Notes: generated by a model from the letters alone, not told the origin. Positions 48,429 to 59,511 are shown, counted from the first letter of the stretch. The stretch: DNA of 64,000 bases from Patescibacteria group bacterium (GCA_041738615.1 JBGSPL010000004.1:65203-129202); one strand, 5' to 3'. Program-made: numbers and translations.

Positions 48429-51400
48429 ATAGCCAAAAAGAAGTCGAAAATCAGGCACGCTCTCGGGCTTCTGCGTTTTCATACTACACTTCGGTTGCAC
48501 CAACACGCATCGAAGATTTCTTGGTATAGAAAGTGGCATGATTTTCGCTATGCACACCATGTGCATGTTGCGGCTCTGATTGGGTATGTGATTGCCCTCG
48601 GCGTATTTCTCGGGGCAAATTATTATATCGCTCCGGGCAAGGCATTCGCTGCCAACGGTAACTTTAGCCAAACGACTTTCAGTGGATCTGATGGAACTTA
48701 TACCAACACAACACCTATCAACTCCGGTGCGGATGTGGCCCTGAACCCGGTGCTTTCTAACGCCGGAGGCTCGGGCTGGCTTTATAAAAGACCAATCACT
48801 GTGACTAACGGATCTGGTGGTCCCCTGACAGATTATCCGGTAGCGGTTACTCCGTTTAGCGACTCGACCTTTGTAAACAACACCAGCCTTAACGGATCGT
48901 GGCATTTTTCGGAAGGAGCGGGCACCACTACCGTAGATAAATCCGGGAACGTCAATTCCGGCACTATGAATGGCACTAGCTACTGGACAGCCGGGGCCAC
49001 CGATGGGAAATCGGGCTATGGTTTTAACGCCGTGGCTGCTAACAGCAACTTTGTGAATGTCCCTGATAGCACGAACTTGAAATTCGGAACTGGTAATTTT
49101 TCAGTTTCGGCCTGGGTTAAGCAAACCAATACCACGGGGACACAGAATATAGTAACGAAAGGCGTTTCAGGATCGGGCATCTCCTACCTTCCAATCTATC
49201 AACTTGCCATTGTTGGTGGTAAAGTGTCGGCCTATGTTGACGGTAATAATGCTAGCGGACAGCATTACGCTTCATGCACTGGTGCAACAACCTTATCAAC
49301 GGGGACTTGGAACTTGGTCACCCTAGTTAGGACTGGCGCAACAATCTCTACTTATTTGAACGGAAATGCAACCGCAGAATGTTCTTATACCGCTGTTGCT
49401 TCAACCGGCAGTTCAGATACTACTGAGCCACTAATGATAGGCAGGGAACGACATACCAGCGCGGGTTATCGGAACTATTTCAATGGAGTAATAGACGATG
49501 TAAAGGTTTATGGACGGGCTTTGGCCGGAGCTGAAGCCGCGGTTAATTATGGAGCCACTGGAACAACTAAGATTCGCACCGATTTCCAGGACATTAGGTT
49601 CGCTAACTCGGTGACGGGGGTGGAATATCCTTATTGGCAAGAAAATGACGGAAAATTTTGGGTTAAGGTCAACAGCTTACCGAATGGCACGAACACTAAT
49701 TTTTTGAATATGTATTATGGAAACGCTAGCGCTACCCCGACGAGTAATGGTTCCAATATTTTTGCACTCTATGATGATTTCGAAAGTTACGGAATCGGTG
49801 CATTGGGCACCCAGGGGGGCTGGGTTAGTTCAGCTGGGACCAACGGCTTTGCCAATGTAGTAGCCGGAAAATATTTTGACTCGGGAATCACTAGTGGTAC
49901 TGACGGTCAGGATGGAACGGCAAGCCATGCTATTACGGCTATGAATGCGGGGGAAGTATCCTATCGTTTTAAAAGGGATAGTACGAGTAACAATTATAGC
50001 TATTTCGTGTTATCAGAAGGTGCCACCGCGCGGTTTCAAATAGTAGGAAGCAACAGTGGGGAGATTAAATATATTGGTGGTGCTTACCCTTGGACATCAC
50101 TGTCACCAGTTACGAACTGGGTTAATGGAACGTGGTATACAATTACCGTTAAATGGTATAGCAATAGTACGGCAGATATATATGTGAATGGTGTCCTGAA
50201 GAAAACTGCAGCGGCATTTGGCACATCTATGGTTACGGCTATTGATAAAGTTACGTTTACGACTAGCAGCAGCGGTGATCCGCACTCCATTCATTTGGGA
50301 ACGGATGATGTAAGAGTTCGAAAGGCCACGACAACGGAGCCGACCCATACAGCCCCGGGCACAGAGGTTGCAGCCTATAATACTACCGGCTCATATACGA
50401 CCGCCGTCCAGGCTCCTGCCGGAGTCTATAACTGGGGCGCACTTACTTATACAAAAACTACTCCTGGTTCTTCGACGGCAACAATCGACGTTTTGAACGG
50501 CACAAACGATGCTGTTATTTCATCTAATGTGGCCAGTGGGACTAATCTCAACCTATCTGGGCTGACATACCCCTCATTGAAAATAAAGGTGAATTACACG
50601 ACCTCTGCAGTCGGTAACATCCCGACCCTTAGTCAGTGGGACCTGGTTTATAGCGCAGACACTACCCCGCCAAGTGTCCCAACCGGGTTAACGATAGGGA
50701 CAGCAACTTCTAGCGCAATACCCCTTACATGGTCTGGCGCAACAGATGGCGAATCTGGGGTCCTCGGATATGAGATTTCAAGAGCGCCAGACTCGGCTGG
50801 TAATCCTGGCACCTGGGCGGCGGTGGCTACTGATTCTCCTTGCTATGGAGCAGCAGGAGTTTTGAATGCTATAAGCTGCACGGATAGCTCAGTTTCCACC
50901 CCCTTATTATCGAATTCTAAATATTTCTACCGAGTGAGGGCAAAGGATAATGCTGGTAATTTTTCTGGTTATTCTGGGGAGCAAAATGTTGATGCGAGTA
51001 CAGTGGGGCTTTGGCATCTGAATGAAGGTACGGGAGCAACAACGGCAGATTCGAGTGGTATTAATCAAACAGGGACAATGAACGGCACTAGTTATTGGAC
51101 TACTGGAAAGGTGGGTGGTGGACTCGCGGCTAACACAAATAATAACACTTCAGTTACTAGCACCGCAGCTTTAAAGCCCTCAAATTTTACAGTCGAAGCT
51201 TGGTTTTATGCTACCAGTGACCAAAATAGTAAAATTTTAGTTTCAAAATATGCTGCTCTCCCAGCTGACTATGAAATATCAATAGATGTAAACGATTACC
51301 TGAACGTAAGGTCTGATACCGCAGGATCAGTCGCTTACTATGCAACAGACAATGTCGTCTTTACAAATTATTTGAATGGCTGGCACCATGTTGCCGGGAC

Positions 51401-54400
51401 TTATGATACTGATAACAAGCTTAGGTTATACGTTGATGGTCAGTTAAAAGGCACAAGCGCGGCCTTTACCAGGGCGAATTCAAGAACTGATTTACTTACG
51501 TTTGGAAGAAGGGCTTACGCAGGTGCCGAATCACCTTTTACGGGTAAAATCGACGAGGTTCGGATCTCGAACACAGCTCGTTCGGCAGCCGATATCCTAG
51601 CCTATTACACTGAATCAAACCCACAGCCAAAATCTACCACTACTCTTCCTGGTGTTCCGACGGCTTTTACGGGTAGTGCAGTTTCGACATCGGCAATCAA
51701 TATGACTTGGTCAGCTCCAGCTGGAGGTGCGGATCACTATCATGTGAAGTACTCTGGCGATGGTTACGCTTCAAATATTTATAACAATGCTACGGCTGCC
51801 TTTGATGATACTGGCAGGGGTGCCAATACATCATATACATACCGTCTCTACTCGGTAAATGCTAGCGGGGCGGAGTCAGATACCTACTCTGAAATAACCA
51901 AATCTACCTGGGTAAATGCTCCCGTCAATCAAACGGCCACTACTGTCTCTAATACTCAAATTAATCTAGCTTGGGAAGCAGGCGCTAACGGTGCGAACCA
52001 TTACCACGTTCGTTCGTCGTCAGATGCTTATGCTACGCTCAAATATGACAATACTACAGCGAGCTGGAATGAAAGCGGTCTCACGGGCAATACGGCCTAC
52101 ACTTATCGTATCTACGCCGTCAGTGTCGATAATGTCGAAAATACTAGCTATGTGACAGCTACCAACACCACACTTACGAACACACCAGTGTTAGCTGCTC
52201 AAACTACTCCGACCAATGATAATACCCCACAGATTCATTCTACGACCATAGATAGTTCCGCCGCGAACCGCACAGTTAAGCTATACCAAGGGGCATCTCT
52301 GGTGGCTACCACTACAGCTGCCGCCAACGGTACCTTTACCTTTGCCAACGGAGACTGGGGCGCCAACACACTGGCCGATGGAGTGTATACCGATCTTGTT
52401 GCGAAATCAGTTAATAGTGCCGGGCAGGAAAGCGTGGCTTCTGTTGCTCTAAACTTGCCGACTGGGTTATTGATAGATACTCATGCACCGTCTTCTAGCG
52501 TAACCAATAATCCTACGCTTCCCGGAGACCACAACGGCTATTTTGTTACAAACCCTGTGATTACCCTCACTGCCATAGACGATGCCCCTTCAAGCGGAAC
52601 AACAGTTCACTACCGTTGGGGAGCCGACGCTTTTGCTACTTATTCTGGAACGATCAGTATCCCGGCACAAGGCGAGAACACACTCAACTGGTATGCGACC
52701 GACGGTGCCGGCAACATCGAGAGCACGCACACGGAAACATACATGTTGGATAGCGTGAAGCCTGCTGGTAACATTTCTTTCCAATACGAGTATGCTCATT
52801 TCGATCCAGAGCTACTAATTCTCGACGCGAGTGATGATACGAGCGGTGTAGATAGTGTACGGTTGTCCAACGACGGAGTAACATTTTGTACGATTCCCTA
52901 CACTCAATACATTCAGTGGAATTTCTCCGGGCTGATTACCGATGATCCGTATATATATGGCGCTGATTGCGGTATGAACTATGGAGGTGAGGGGGCCAAT
53001 ACTATTTACTTTAGTTTTGTAGACGGGGCCCTGAACGTAAGTGACACACAGACCGTTTCGATCATCCTAGATAGCATTGAGCCAGTGAACCCTACAGCTA
53101 CAGTTACGGCAACGCCAGCAGGAGGTGCAAACGGCTGGTACAAGAGTGCTGCGCCAACCTTTACTTTAACCGGTGCTTCTGACGCGACAAGCGGCCTAGA
53201 TGGCTACTTTGTCCTATTTACTACAGACCCATTGGCGGAACCGGTAGTAGACGGTATATATCAGGCAGTGAATCCTGGAGGTGACACTTTTACGCCTACC
53301 ATAGACCCTGCAGATTCGGGCAAGACATTTTACCTGCGTGTTCAGGCAAGAGATGGTGCTCTCAACTTGCATTGGGGTCCGGACGAAGCAAATCTGACCA
53401 TATTTACGTATAAGTATGACGGCACCAATCCCGCAGCAATCAGCTTTATTACGCCATCCCCAGCGGGCTGGAGCGCTACAAACAACTTCGATTTCGCGTG
53501 GCCAAAGACGAGCGATATAGACAGCAATGGCGCCTCCTCGGGTATGGATGGTTATCTCTACCGTCGTAAGCTAGCTGCAGACAGCGATACCTATGAGAGT
53601 TGGGATAAGGGGAGTCGTTTTGTTGCGCAACCAGCGGGTAGCACTGTGAATCTAAACGATATCGAGGCCCTGTATACTGGCCTAAACGTGATAGAGATTA
53701 AGGCGCTGGACAAGGTCGGTAATGAATCGGCCGCAAAACCTGTAAATTACTACTATTCTGGCGATATTCCGCAGCCCACGAATCTAAGTGTCGATCTTTC
53801 CCAGTCAAATAACATGACAGTAAACAGATATAACTTCAGTTGGAACGCTCCTACCGGTGTGACTCCTCAGGGCTACTATTACTCGGTGAATGCAGAGCCT
53901 GATACTCAAAACAGTACTTTTATTCCTTATAATGAGGGTGGTAGTACGAGTACCGGATTTGCGGCTTTTGCCACGAAGACAGGGCTTAACAAGTTTTATG
54001 TAGTGACTAAAGCGAATGACATGGTTGGTTGGACCAACTTTGAGATGGCCGAGTTTACCTGTAACACCTCGGCGCCAGGGATTCCGACTGGTGTGATGAT
54101 AACGGATTCCTCGAGTCGCGATAGCGAACGATGGCAACTTACCGTAAATTGGGATCAGCCAGCTCAGATTTCCACTGATTTCAATGGTTATGCCATCGAG
54201 CGGAGCACCGATGGGACGAATTTCTCCGAGATCGCGACCACGGGTGAAAATACAACTGGCTATTTGGATACAAATTTGCTAAACGTTTCTACCTATTATT
54301 ATAGAGTGAAGTCGAGAGACAATACGGGTAATAAATCGCCAGCATCCACTGTCGTTTCGCGTCAGCCCACTGGTCGCTATACTGAGCCTCCAAAGATGAT

Positions 54401-55604
54401 AGGGGACCCAAAGATAGAGGTCCAGGCAACCAAAGCAATCATCGACTTTACTACAGAACGCGATGCCGACTCCTTTGTACAGGTCGGGACAACAACAACC
54501 TATGGTATGACTCAGGGGCAGCTCGATAGCACTAGCAGCCATACCGTGAATCTATCCGGACTCACCCCCGGAGTCTTCTACCACTATCGTGCTATGTGGC
54601 GTGATATAGACGGGAACATCGGCTACAGCAAGGACTATACATTCAAGACCCAGGATGCGCCTGGTATTTCGGAGGTAAATGTCAGTAGTATTGGTCTCAC
54701 GAGTGCTATCGTGAGCTGGAAGACGAATACTGTTTCCTCGTCCGTGGTCAAATATGGTAAAACAAATACTTACGGCTCTCAGGTAGAAGACAGGTCTGGC
54801 TCTGGCGTCACAGTTCATGTGGTGAAAATAGACGGTCTCAACGACTCTACTACTTACCATTTTAAAATTTCAGGCACCGATACAGACGGCAATGGACTCA
54901 GTAGCGACGATTATTCGTTTGAGACCCTCACCTTCCCACGAGTTTCAGATGTCAAGATTACCCAAAAGGCCGACGAGGTTACCTCGACGATTGTTGTTAC
55001 TTGGTCTACAAATGTACCGACAGACTCAGTAGTGAACTACTCTGGAGGCGGCACAAACAAGGAATCATCCAAGGCACTGCTAGAGCAAAAACATAGCATT
55101 ACCGTGGGTAATCTACGCGACAACACCGCATACACCATCAGTGTCGGGGGCAGAGACGCATACGGTAATCAGGCCGAGGGCGGCAGTGCCAGCTACAAGA
55201 CAGCGTTTGATACCAGACCACCACAGATCACAGCGATTACGACTGAGACCTCGATAGTGGGCTTTGGTATCGATGCAAAGGGTCAGGTCATAGTTTCATG
55301 GGAAACCGACGAACCTAGTACTTCTCAAGTAGAGTACGGCGTAGGAGTCTCTGGAGACGACTATTCGCAGAAGACACAGGAGGATACGGGTCTTACTACC
55401 ACCCATGTCGTCGTTATGTCTGGTCTCAAGCCATCGACTTCTTACCATTTCCAGGTAGTATCCAAGGATGCTTCGGGCAACACCGCAAGCTCCGAGGATA
55501 CCTCGTTTCTTACCGACCAGGCGAGCTCTTCTGTGCTCGATATCATCGTCAATTCGCTGCAATCAACAATTGGCTGGATTTTCGGCTCATTCGCTAGGAG
55601 GTAA
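48429..55604 (+). CDS. Giant surface protein (DUF2341-like, LamG/ConA, multiple Fn3 domains), probable AUA start
   Basis: N-terminal TM; WHxxEGxG...IDEV LamG repeats; DIRF..YW.E..FWVKV; many Fn3 units; AGGAGG 7 nt before an in-frame ATA. Confidence 0.85.
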   Translation: MAKKKSKIRHALGLLRFHTTLRLHQHASKISWYRKWHDFRYAHHVHVAALIGYVIALGVFLGANYYIAPGKAFAANGNFSQTTFSGSDGTYTNTTPINSGADVALNPVLSNAGGSGWLYKRPITVTNGSGGPLTDYPVAVTPFSDSTFVNNTSLNGSWHFSEGAGTTTVDKSGNVNSGTMNGTSYWTAGATDGKSGYGFNAVAANSNFVNVPDSTNLKFGTGNFSVSAWVKQTNTTGTQNIVTKGVSGSGISYLPIYQLAIVGGKVSAYVDGNNASGQHYASCTGATTLSTGTWNLVTLVRTGATISTYLNGNATAECSYTAVASTGSSDTTEPLMIGRERHTSAGYRNYFNGVIDDVKVYGRALAGAEAAVNYGATGTTKIRTDFQDIRFANSVTGVEYPYWQENDGKFWVKVNSLPNGTNTNFLNMYYGNASATPTSNGSNIFALYDDFESYGIGALGTQGGWVSSAGTNGFANVVAGKYFDSGITSGTDGQDGTASHAITAMNAGEVSYRFKRDSTSNNYSYFVLSEGATARFQIVGSNSGEIKYIGGAYPWTSLSPVTNWVNGTWYTITVKWYSNSTADIYVNGVLKKTAAAFGTSMVTAIDKVTFTTSSSGDPHSIHLGTDDVRVRKATTTEPTHTAPGTEVAAYNTTGSYTTAVQAPAGVYNWGALTYTKTTPGSSTATIDVLNGTNDAVISSNVASGTNLNLSGLTYPSLKIKVNYTTSAVGNIPTLSQWDLVYSADTTPPSVPTGLTIGTATSSAIPLTWSGATDGESGVLGYEISRAPDSAGNPGTWAAVATDSPCYGAAGVLNAISCTDSSVSTPLLSNSKYFYRVRAKDNAGNFSGYSGEQNVDASTVGLWHLNEGTGATTADSSGINQTGTMNGTSYWTTGKVGGGLAANTNNNTSVTSTAALKPSNFTVEAWFYATSDQNSKILVSKYAALPADYEISIDVNDYLNVRSDTAGSVAYYATDNVVFTNYLNGWHHVAGTYDTDNKLRLYVDGQLKGTSAAFTRANSRTDLLTFGRRAYAGAESPFTGKIDEVRISNTARSAADILAYYTESNPQPKSTTTLPGVPTAFTGSAVSTSAINMTWSAPAGGADHYHVKYSGDGYASNIYNNATAAFDDTGRGANTSYTYRLYSVNASGAESDTYSEITKSTWVNAPVNQTATTVSNTQINLAWEAGANGANHYHVRSSSDAYATLKYDNTTASWNESGLTGNTAYTYRIYAVSVDNVENTSYVTATNTTLTNTPVLAAQTTPTNDNTPQIHSTTIDSSAANRTVKLYQGASLVATTTAAANGTFTFANGDWGANTLADGVYTDLVAKSVNSAGQESVASVALNLPTGLLIDTHAPSSSVTNNPTLPGDHNGYFVTNPVITLTAIDDAPSSGTTVHYRWGADAFATYSGTISIPAQGENTLNWYATDGAGNIESTHTETYMLDSVKPAGNISFQYEYAHFDPELLILDASDDTSGVDSVRLSNDGVTFCTIPYTQYIQWNFSGLITDDPYIYGADCGMNYGGEGANTIYFSFVDGALNVSDTQTVSIILDSIEPVNPTATVTATPAGGANGWYKSAAPTFTLTGASDATSGLDGYFVLFTTDPLAEPVVDGIYQAVNPGGDTFTPTIDPADSGKTFYLRVQARDGALNLHWGPDEANLTIFTYKYDGTNPAAISFITPSPAGWSATNNFDFAWPKTSDIDSNGASSGMDGYLYRRKLAADSDTYESWDKGSRFVAQPAGSTVNLNDIEALYTGLNVIEIKALDKVGNESAAKPVNYYYSGDIPQPTNLSVDLSQSNNMTVNRYNFSWNAPTGVTPQGYYYSVNAEPDTQNSTFIPYNEGGSTSTGFAAFATKTGLNKFYVVTKANDMVGWTNFEMAEFTCNTSAPGIPTGVMITDSSSRDSERWQLTVNWDQPAQISTDFNGYAIERSTDGTNFSEIATTGENTTGYLDTNLLNVSTYYYRVKSRDNTGNKSPASTVVSRQPTGRYTEPPKMIGDPKIEVQATKAIIDFTTERDADSFVQVGTTTTYGMTQGQLDSTSSHTVNLSGLTPGVFYHYRAMWRDIDGNIGYSKDYTFKTQDAPGISEVNVSSIGLTSAIVSWKTNTVSSSVVKYGKTNTYGSQVEDRSGSGVTVHVVKIDGLNDSTTYHFKISGTDTDGNGLSSDDYSFETLTFPRVSDVKITQKADEVTSTIVVTWSTNVPTDSVVNYSGGGTNKESSKALLEQKHSITVGNLRDNTAYTISVGGRDAYGNQAEGGSASYKTAFDTRPPQITAITTETSIVGFGIDAKGQVIVSWETDEPSTSQVEYGVGVSGDDYSQKTQEDTGLTTTHVVVMSGLKPSTSYHFQVVSKDASGNTASSEDTSFLTDQASSSVLDIIVNSLQSTIGWIFGSFARR

Positions 55605-55606
55605 GT

Positions 55607-56365
55607 GTGAAAAAGCATCCTATCATTTCGGTAAATAATCTGCACAAGACCTTCCATGTTGGTAAGACAGACATTGAAGTTCTAAAGAACATTGACCTTG
55701 ATATATATGAGGGAGAGTTCGTGATAATACTGGGCCCCTCTGGGTGTGGGAAGTCGACTCTGCTAAACACGATTATCGGTCTTGAGGCACCTACTTCTGG
55801 CTCAGTTACTATCAGGAAACAAAACGTCTTCGGGAATACTACATCGGATCAACGTTCCATTTTTCGTAGGAAGAATATAGGGATGGTGTATCAGCAATCA
55901 AACTGGATGCAGTCTCTCAACGTTTTCGAGAACGTGGAGTTTCCACTCCGAATGACAAAACTGCGGAACGCTAGCATAAAAAAACGTGCTCATAACATCC
56001 TTGACCTTATGGGGATGAGCGAATACGAAAAGTATAAGCCTACGGAGCTCTCCGGAGGTCAGCAACAGCGCGTAAGTATGGCCAGGGCGCTAGTCACCAA
56101 TCCCCTTATTATCGTAGCTGACGAACCAACGGGAAACTTGGATACCATCACGGCGGCTGATGTAATGAGCATCTTTAAGTATATAAATGACGAATCTCAC
56201 CGCACCGTCATAATGGTCACACACAATCTGGACTACGAAAAGTATGCAAACAAGGTGGTCTATATGAGGGACGGGGCAATAGAGAAGATCAAAGATACCA
56301 GAAAGGCAGTACAGTCGGGGGCAGAAGGCAAGAAGGATCTTTTGGAAATGGCATTGGAGATGTAA
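55607..56365 (+). CDS. ABC ATP-binding protein (LolD/MacB family)
   Basis: [17 protein letters not shown] and ADEPTGNLD. Confidence 0.93.
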   Translation: MKKHPIISVNNLHKTFHVGKTDIEVLKNIDLDIYEGEFVIILGPSGCGKSTLLNTIIGLEAPTSGSVTIRKQNVFGNTTSDQRSIFRRKNIGMVYQQSNWMQSLNVFENVEFPLRMTKLRNASIKKRAHNILDLMGMSEYEKYKPTELSGGQQQRVSMARALVTNPLIIVADEPTGNLDTITAADVMSIFKYINDESHRTVIMVTHNLDYEKYANKVVYMRDGAIEKIKDTRKAVQSGAEGKKDLLEMALEM

Positions 56366-57561
56366 TGAAGAATAGATATATTATACTACTAGCATTCAAA
56401 AATCTGATTAGTCACAAAATGAGGACAATACTCACGGCTGGGGGAGTCGCCATTTCTGTAGGCTTCGTAGTCTTCTTGGTCACTCTGGGTCTCGGGCTGC
56501 AACGAATCTCGACAAATCAGATAGCAAACCTAGACGCACTGCGAAACCTTACGGTTACATCCGGCAAGTCGAAGATAGTAAGCATAAACGACGAGACCCT
56601 TGGGAAGTTCTCTACGCTCAGTAATGTGGTAGATGTACAGTCTTCGTTTAGCAACCCGGCTAGCATCTCCTATAATGGTTCCAATATTGATAGTGTCGTC
56701 TACGGTAAGAGTGCGGAATATATCAAACTCGAAGCCCCAAAGTTTGAAGTTAACGGAAAGTATACAAGCAACAATGCAGATGAGGTGATATTGAGCAGTG
56801 AATTGCTGAATCAGCTTGGAGTAAAGAGTGCCAATTCATTGATTGGGAAGCAGGTGGATCTCGTTACTACGATCAAGAGAGCGGATCTCGGAGCGAATTC
56901 CGAATCAAAGAAACTAAGTTATCAGCTCAAGGTCGTAGGAGTAATAGACGATAAGAATGCTCCATATGCATATATGCCTGCAAATTTGCTTACACGAGAC
57001 GGCCTAAAGAATTATTCGGGAGCCCTGGTCCGAGTGAACGACAAGTCGGATGTAGATAAGGTCAAAACAGAAGTTGAAAACTTGGGTTTTAAAACAGCTT
57101 CCGTAAAGGAAACTGTAGATCAAATCAATCAGTTCTTTAGTGTTTTTCAGATTATCCTTCTGTCCTTCGGGGCAATTTCGATAATCGTCGCCTGTTTGGG
57201 TGTTTTTAATACCCTAACCATCTCCCTGCTCGAGAAAACACGAGAAGTTGGTTTTATGAAAGCGATGGGCGCCACGAAGCCAGATATCTATAAGTTATTT
57301 ATTTCAGAGTCCCTAATTATCGGCGTGCTAGGTAGCGGCGCAGGGCTTATATTCGGTTTCACTGTGGGTAATGTCCTGAACCTCAGTATTTCTGGCCTCG
57401 CCAAAGCTACAGGTAACGTCGCTGTTGAGCTTTTTTATGCCCCTATTTATCTCGCAGCGATAATTGTAGCAATAGCGCTTCTTATAAGCCTCCTTACCGG
57501 TCTATATCCTTCGTTCAGAGCCGCTAAGATAAATCCGCTAGACGCACTTCGTTACGAATAA
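56365..57561 (+). CDS. ABC permease (MacB/FtsX family)
   Basis: Paralog of 29867..31054; EKTREVGFMKAMG and AAKINPLDALRYE. Confidence 0.93.
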   Translation: MKNRYIILLAFKNLISHKMRTILTAGGVAISVGFVVFLVTLGLGLQRISTNQIANLDALRNLTVTSGKSKIVSINDETLGKFSTLSNVVDVQSSFSNPASISYNGSNIDSVVYGKSAEYIKLEAPKFEVNGKYTSNNADEVILSSELLNQLGVKSANSLIGKQVDLVTTIKRADLGANSESKKLSYQLKVVGVIDDKNAPYAYMPANLLTRDGLKNYSGALVRVNDKSDVDKVKTEVENLGFKTASVKETVDQINQFFSVFQIILLSFGAISIIVACLGVFNTLTISLLEKTREVGFMKAMGATKPDIYKLFISESLIIGVLGSGAGLIFGFTVGNVLNLSISGLAKATGNVAVELFYAPIYLAAIIVAIALLISLLTGLYPSFRAAKINPLDALRYE

Positions 57562-57562
57562 G

Positions 57563-57588
57563 AAAAAGAGGCCCCTTGGCCTCTTTTT
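57563..57588. terminator. Bidirectional terminator
   Basis: aaaaagaggcc-cctt-ggcctctttt. Confidence 0.75.
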
Positions 57589-57589
57589 C

Positions 57590-58510
57590 TTATTCTTTGT
57601 AGATTTTTGCGGCCTGCTCGGGTGGTATTGAATTTATGATAACACCAGTACCGAGCTCTAGGCCTGCCCAGATGTTTGGACGAGGAGAGAGCTTCAGGTG
57701 AGTGTGGTAATCTTCATGATTGACGGCGTTTTCGAAAAAGTAATTATAAGCGATACCTAGCTCATCGAGCTTTGCGAGGACAATCTTCATTGCAGTTGCT
57801 AGCGATTCTTTTTCTGGTTTGGTGAGTTCAGAAAAGGTGGCTATATGCCGTTTGGGGATGAACCAGGCGCCGTAAGGAGAGTCACTGGCATAAGGTGCAA
57901 GGACAAAGAGATTCTCATCCTCCCAGATCACGCGGCTGCTGTCCTTCTCTTTCTCAATAATGTCGCAGTAGGGGCAGTTTACGTGCTCTAGGCGGTACTC
58001 ATTGTACGCCTTGGCCTCTTCCTCCACTTTCGGCGGTACGATGGGCAGAGCGATGATCTGTGTATGTGAGTGGGACACAGAGGCACCAGCTTTACCGCCC
58101 TCGTTCTTAAAGACGATAACATGTTTTACCTTTGGCATATTCCTGAGAGCCTCGAAGCGGTTTATACAGGCATCTAGGATATTTACAACGTGGCTGACTG
58201 CGAGCTCCTGCAACTCCTTGCAGTGGTCTCGAGTCTCTATGAGGACTTCTTGTTGTCCAAAGGCTCGTGAGTTCTCGACAGAGAGTGCGCTAAACTTGTT
58301 TATCACAGAAATAACGTCCCATTTGCCATCGCTATTCTTGTGTTCGTAGGTAACCACTTCGTCCTCGGACAGGTTTTGGGGGCAAAAAAAGCAATCCTTA
58401 CTGCAATTATCGGCCGGCAAAGTGATTTTTTGTGGCCGTTTGTTGCGTTTAGGTGCAATTATTACGTATTTATCTAAAAAGTAATCCTTGCGAATTTCCG
58501 ATTTTTCCAT
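57590..58510 (-). CDS. Galactose-1-phosphate uridylyltransferase-like (GalT/HIT)
   Basis: R.KRP, CFFCP, NKF, GAS.SHSHTQ and CPYCD. Confidence 0.88.
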   Translation of the reverse strand: MEKSEIRKDYFLDKYVIIAPKRNKRPQKITLPADNCSKDCFFCPQNLSEDEVVTYEHKNSDGKWDVISVINKFSALSVENSRAFGQQEVLIETRDHCKELQELAVSHVVNILDACINRFEALRNMPKVKHVIVFKNEGGKAGASVSHSHTQIIALPIVPPKVEEEAKAYNEYRLEHVNCPYCDIIEKEKDSSRVIWEDENLFVLAPYASDSPYGAWFIPKRHIATFSELTKPEKESLATAMKIVLAKLDELGIAYNYFFENAVNHEDYHTHLKLSPRPNIWAGLELGTGVIINSIPPEQAAKIYKE

Positions 58511-58606
58511 GGACCCTCCAGGTACAAGTATAATCCAATGCATAAAAAAACACCACATAGGGGTGCCGAATGTAGAAATTGTTTCATTGACATTTGTCAG
58601 TTGTCT

Positions 58607-58918
58607 CTAATTTGTGAAATAAAGCACCCAGAATCCTAGGAAAGTGTAGGCGCCAAGCCAGCAGACACTGTAGATAGCAGCCTTGATACCATCTTCATTC
58701 TTACCTTCCATGAAGAGTAGTAGCGACTTCCCGAATACCAATCCTCCAACAACAGCTGCAGACAGGCAGAATAGCAGCAGGATAACAAATGGAGTCAGCA
58801 TACTGTCGGTTTCACCGAACAGTCTCGAGCCGTTTTGCATGAGTTGCGATACTAATAAAATGTATAATGCGGCACCAGAAGTGTTTCGAAGTGTCAAATA
58901 AAGCAGTTTCTTATCCAT
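58607..58918 (-). CDS. 3-TM hypothetical protein
   Basis: Hydrophobic; LLLF.LSAAV.G.LVFG pattern. Confidence 0.7.
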   Translation of the reverse strand: MDKKLLYLTLRNTSGAALYILLVSQLMQNGSRLFGETDSMLTPFVILLLFCLSAAVVGGLVFGKSLLLFMEGKNEDGIKAAIYSVCWLGAYTFLGFWVLYFTN

Positions 58919-59030
58919 AGCTACATACTATCAGAAAATCCTCAATAATGGCATAACTCAGACAGTACCCGTAATGCCGAAGGGCCTCTTCCCAGCTCGG
59001 AAAGAAGCCCCCGCGATGTTCGTGAGACGA

Positions 59031-59327
59031 CTATGAAGGGTGGACTGGAGAAGGTGTTTTCTCAGGTTCCGCCCGAGGCCCTCCTAAGTCGTTAGGGAAT
59101 CTAGGCTGTTCGCCGGCAAGTAACTCTGGGTGCATCTCAACCTCTCTAGCGACAGACTCTCGAGAGTCCAGATACTGCGCCAGAGGTATGCGGCAGAGAA
59201 TTTTGGGCGGTATCCCTTGCTGCTGCTCACTCACAGGAACAAAGAAGTTCACCGTCTTTCTATTTGCGTCCAGCTCGGCCAACAAGCCTTCCGGCTCTGT
59301 ACCAGCTCCAAAAGGGAACGCAGCCAT
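59031..59327 (-). CDS. Hypothetical protein (GC-rich standalone cassette)
   Basis: Own promoter and hairpin leader; GC-rich downstream hairpin. Confidence 0.5.
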   Translation of the reverse strand: MAAFPFGAGTEPEGLLAELDANRKTVNFFVPVSEQQQGIPPKILCRIPLAQYLDSRESVAREVEMHPELLAGEQPRFPNDLGGPRAEPEKTPSPVHPS

Positions 59328-59511
59328 TCCAATCCCCGCCCCTCACTATTAGTGACGCATAATCGATCAGTAAACTGATTGATCCTCTGTATATAATTAT
59401 ACCATTTGGGGCAACTGGAGTAGAGCGAGCAGGGTGGTTGTAGGCAGGTTCGGCTGTGCGCGTTATGAGTCGTTTTTGCCTCCCCTGGTATAATTAGATA
59501 GAGACAAGGAG

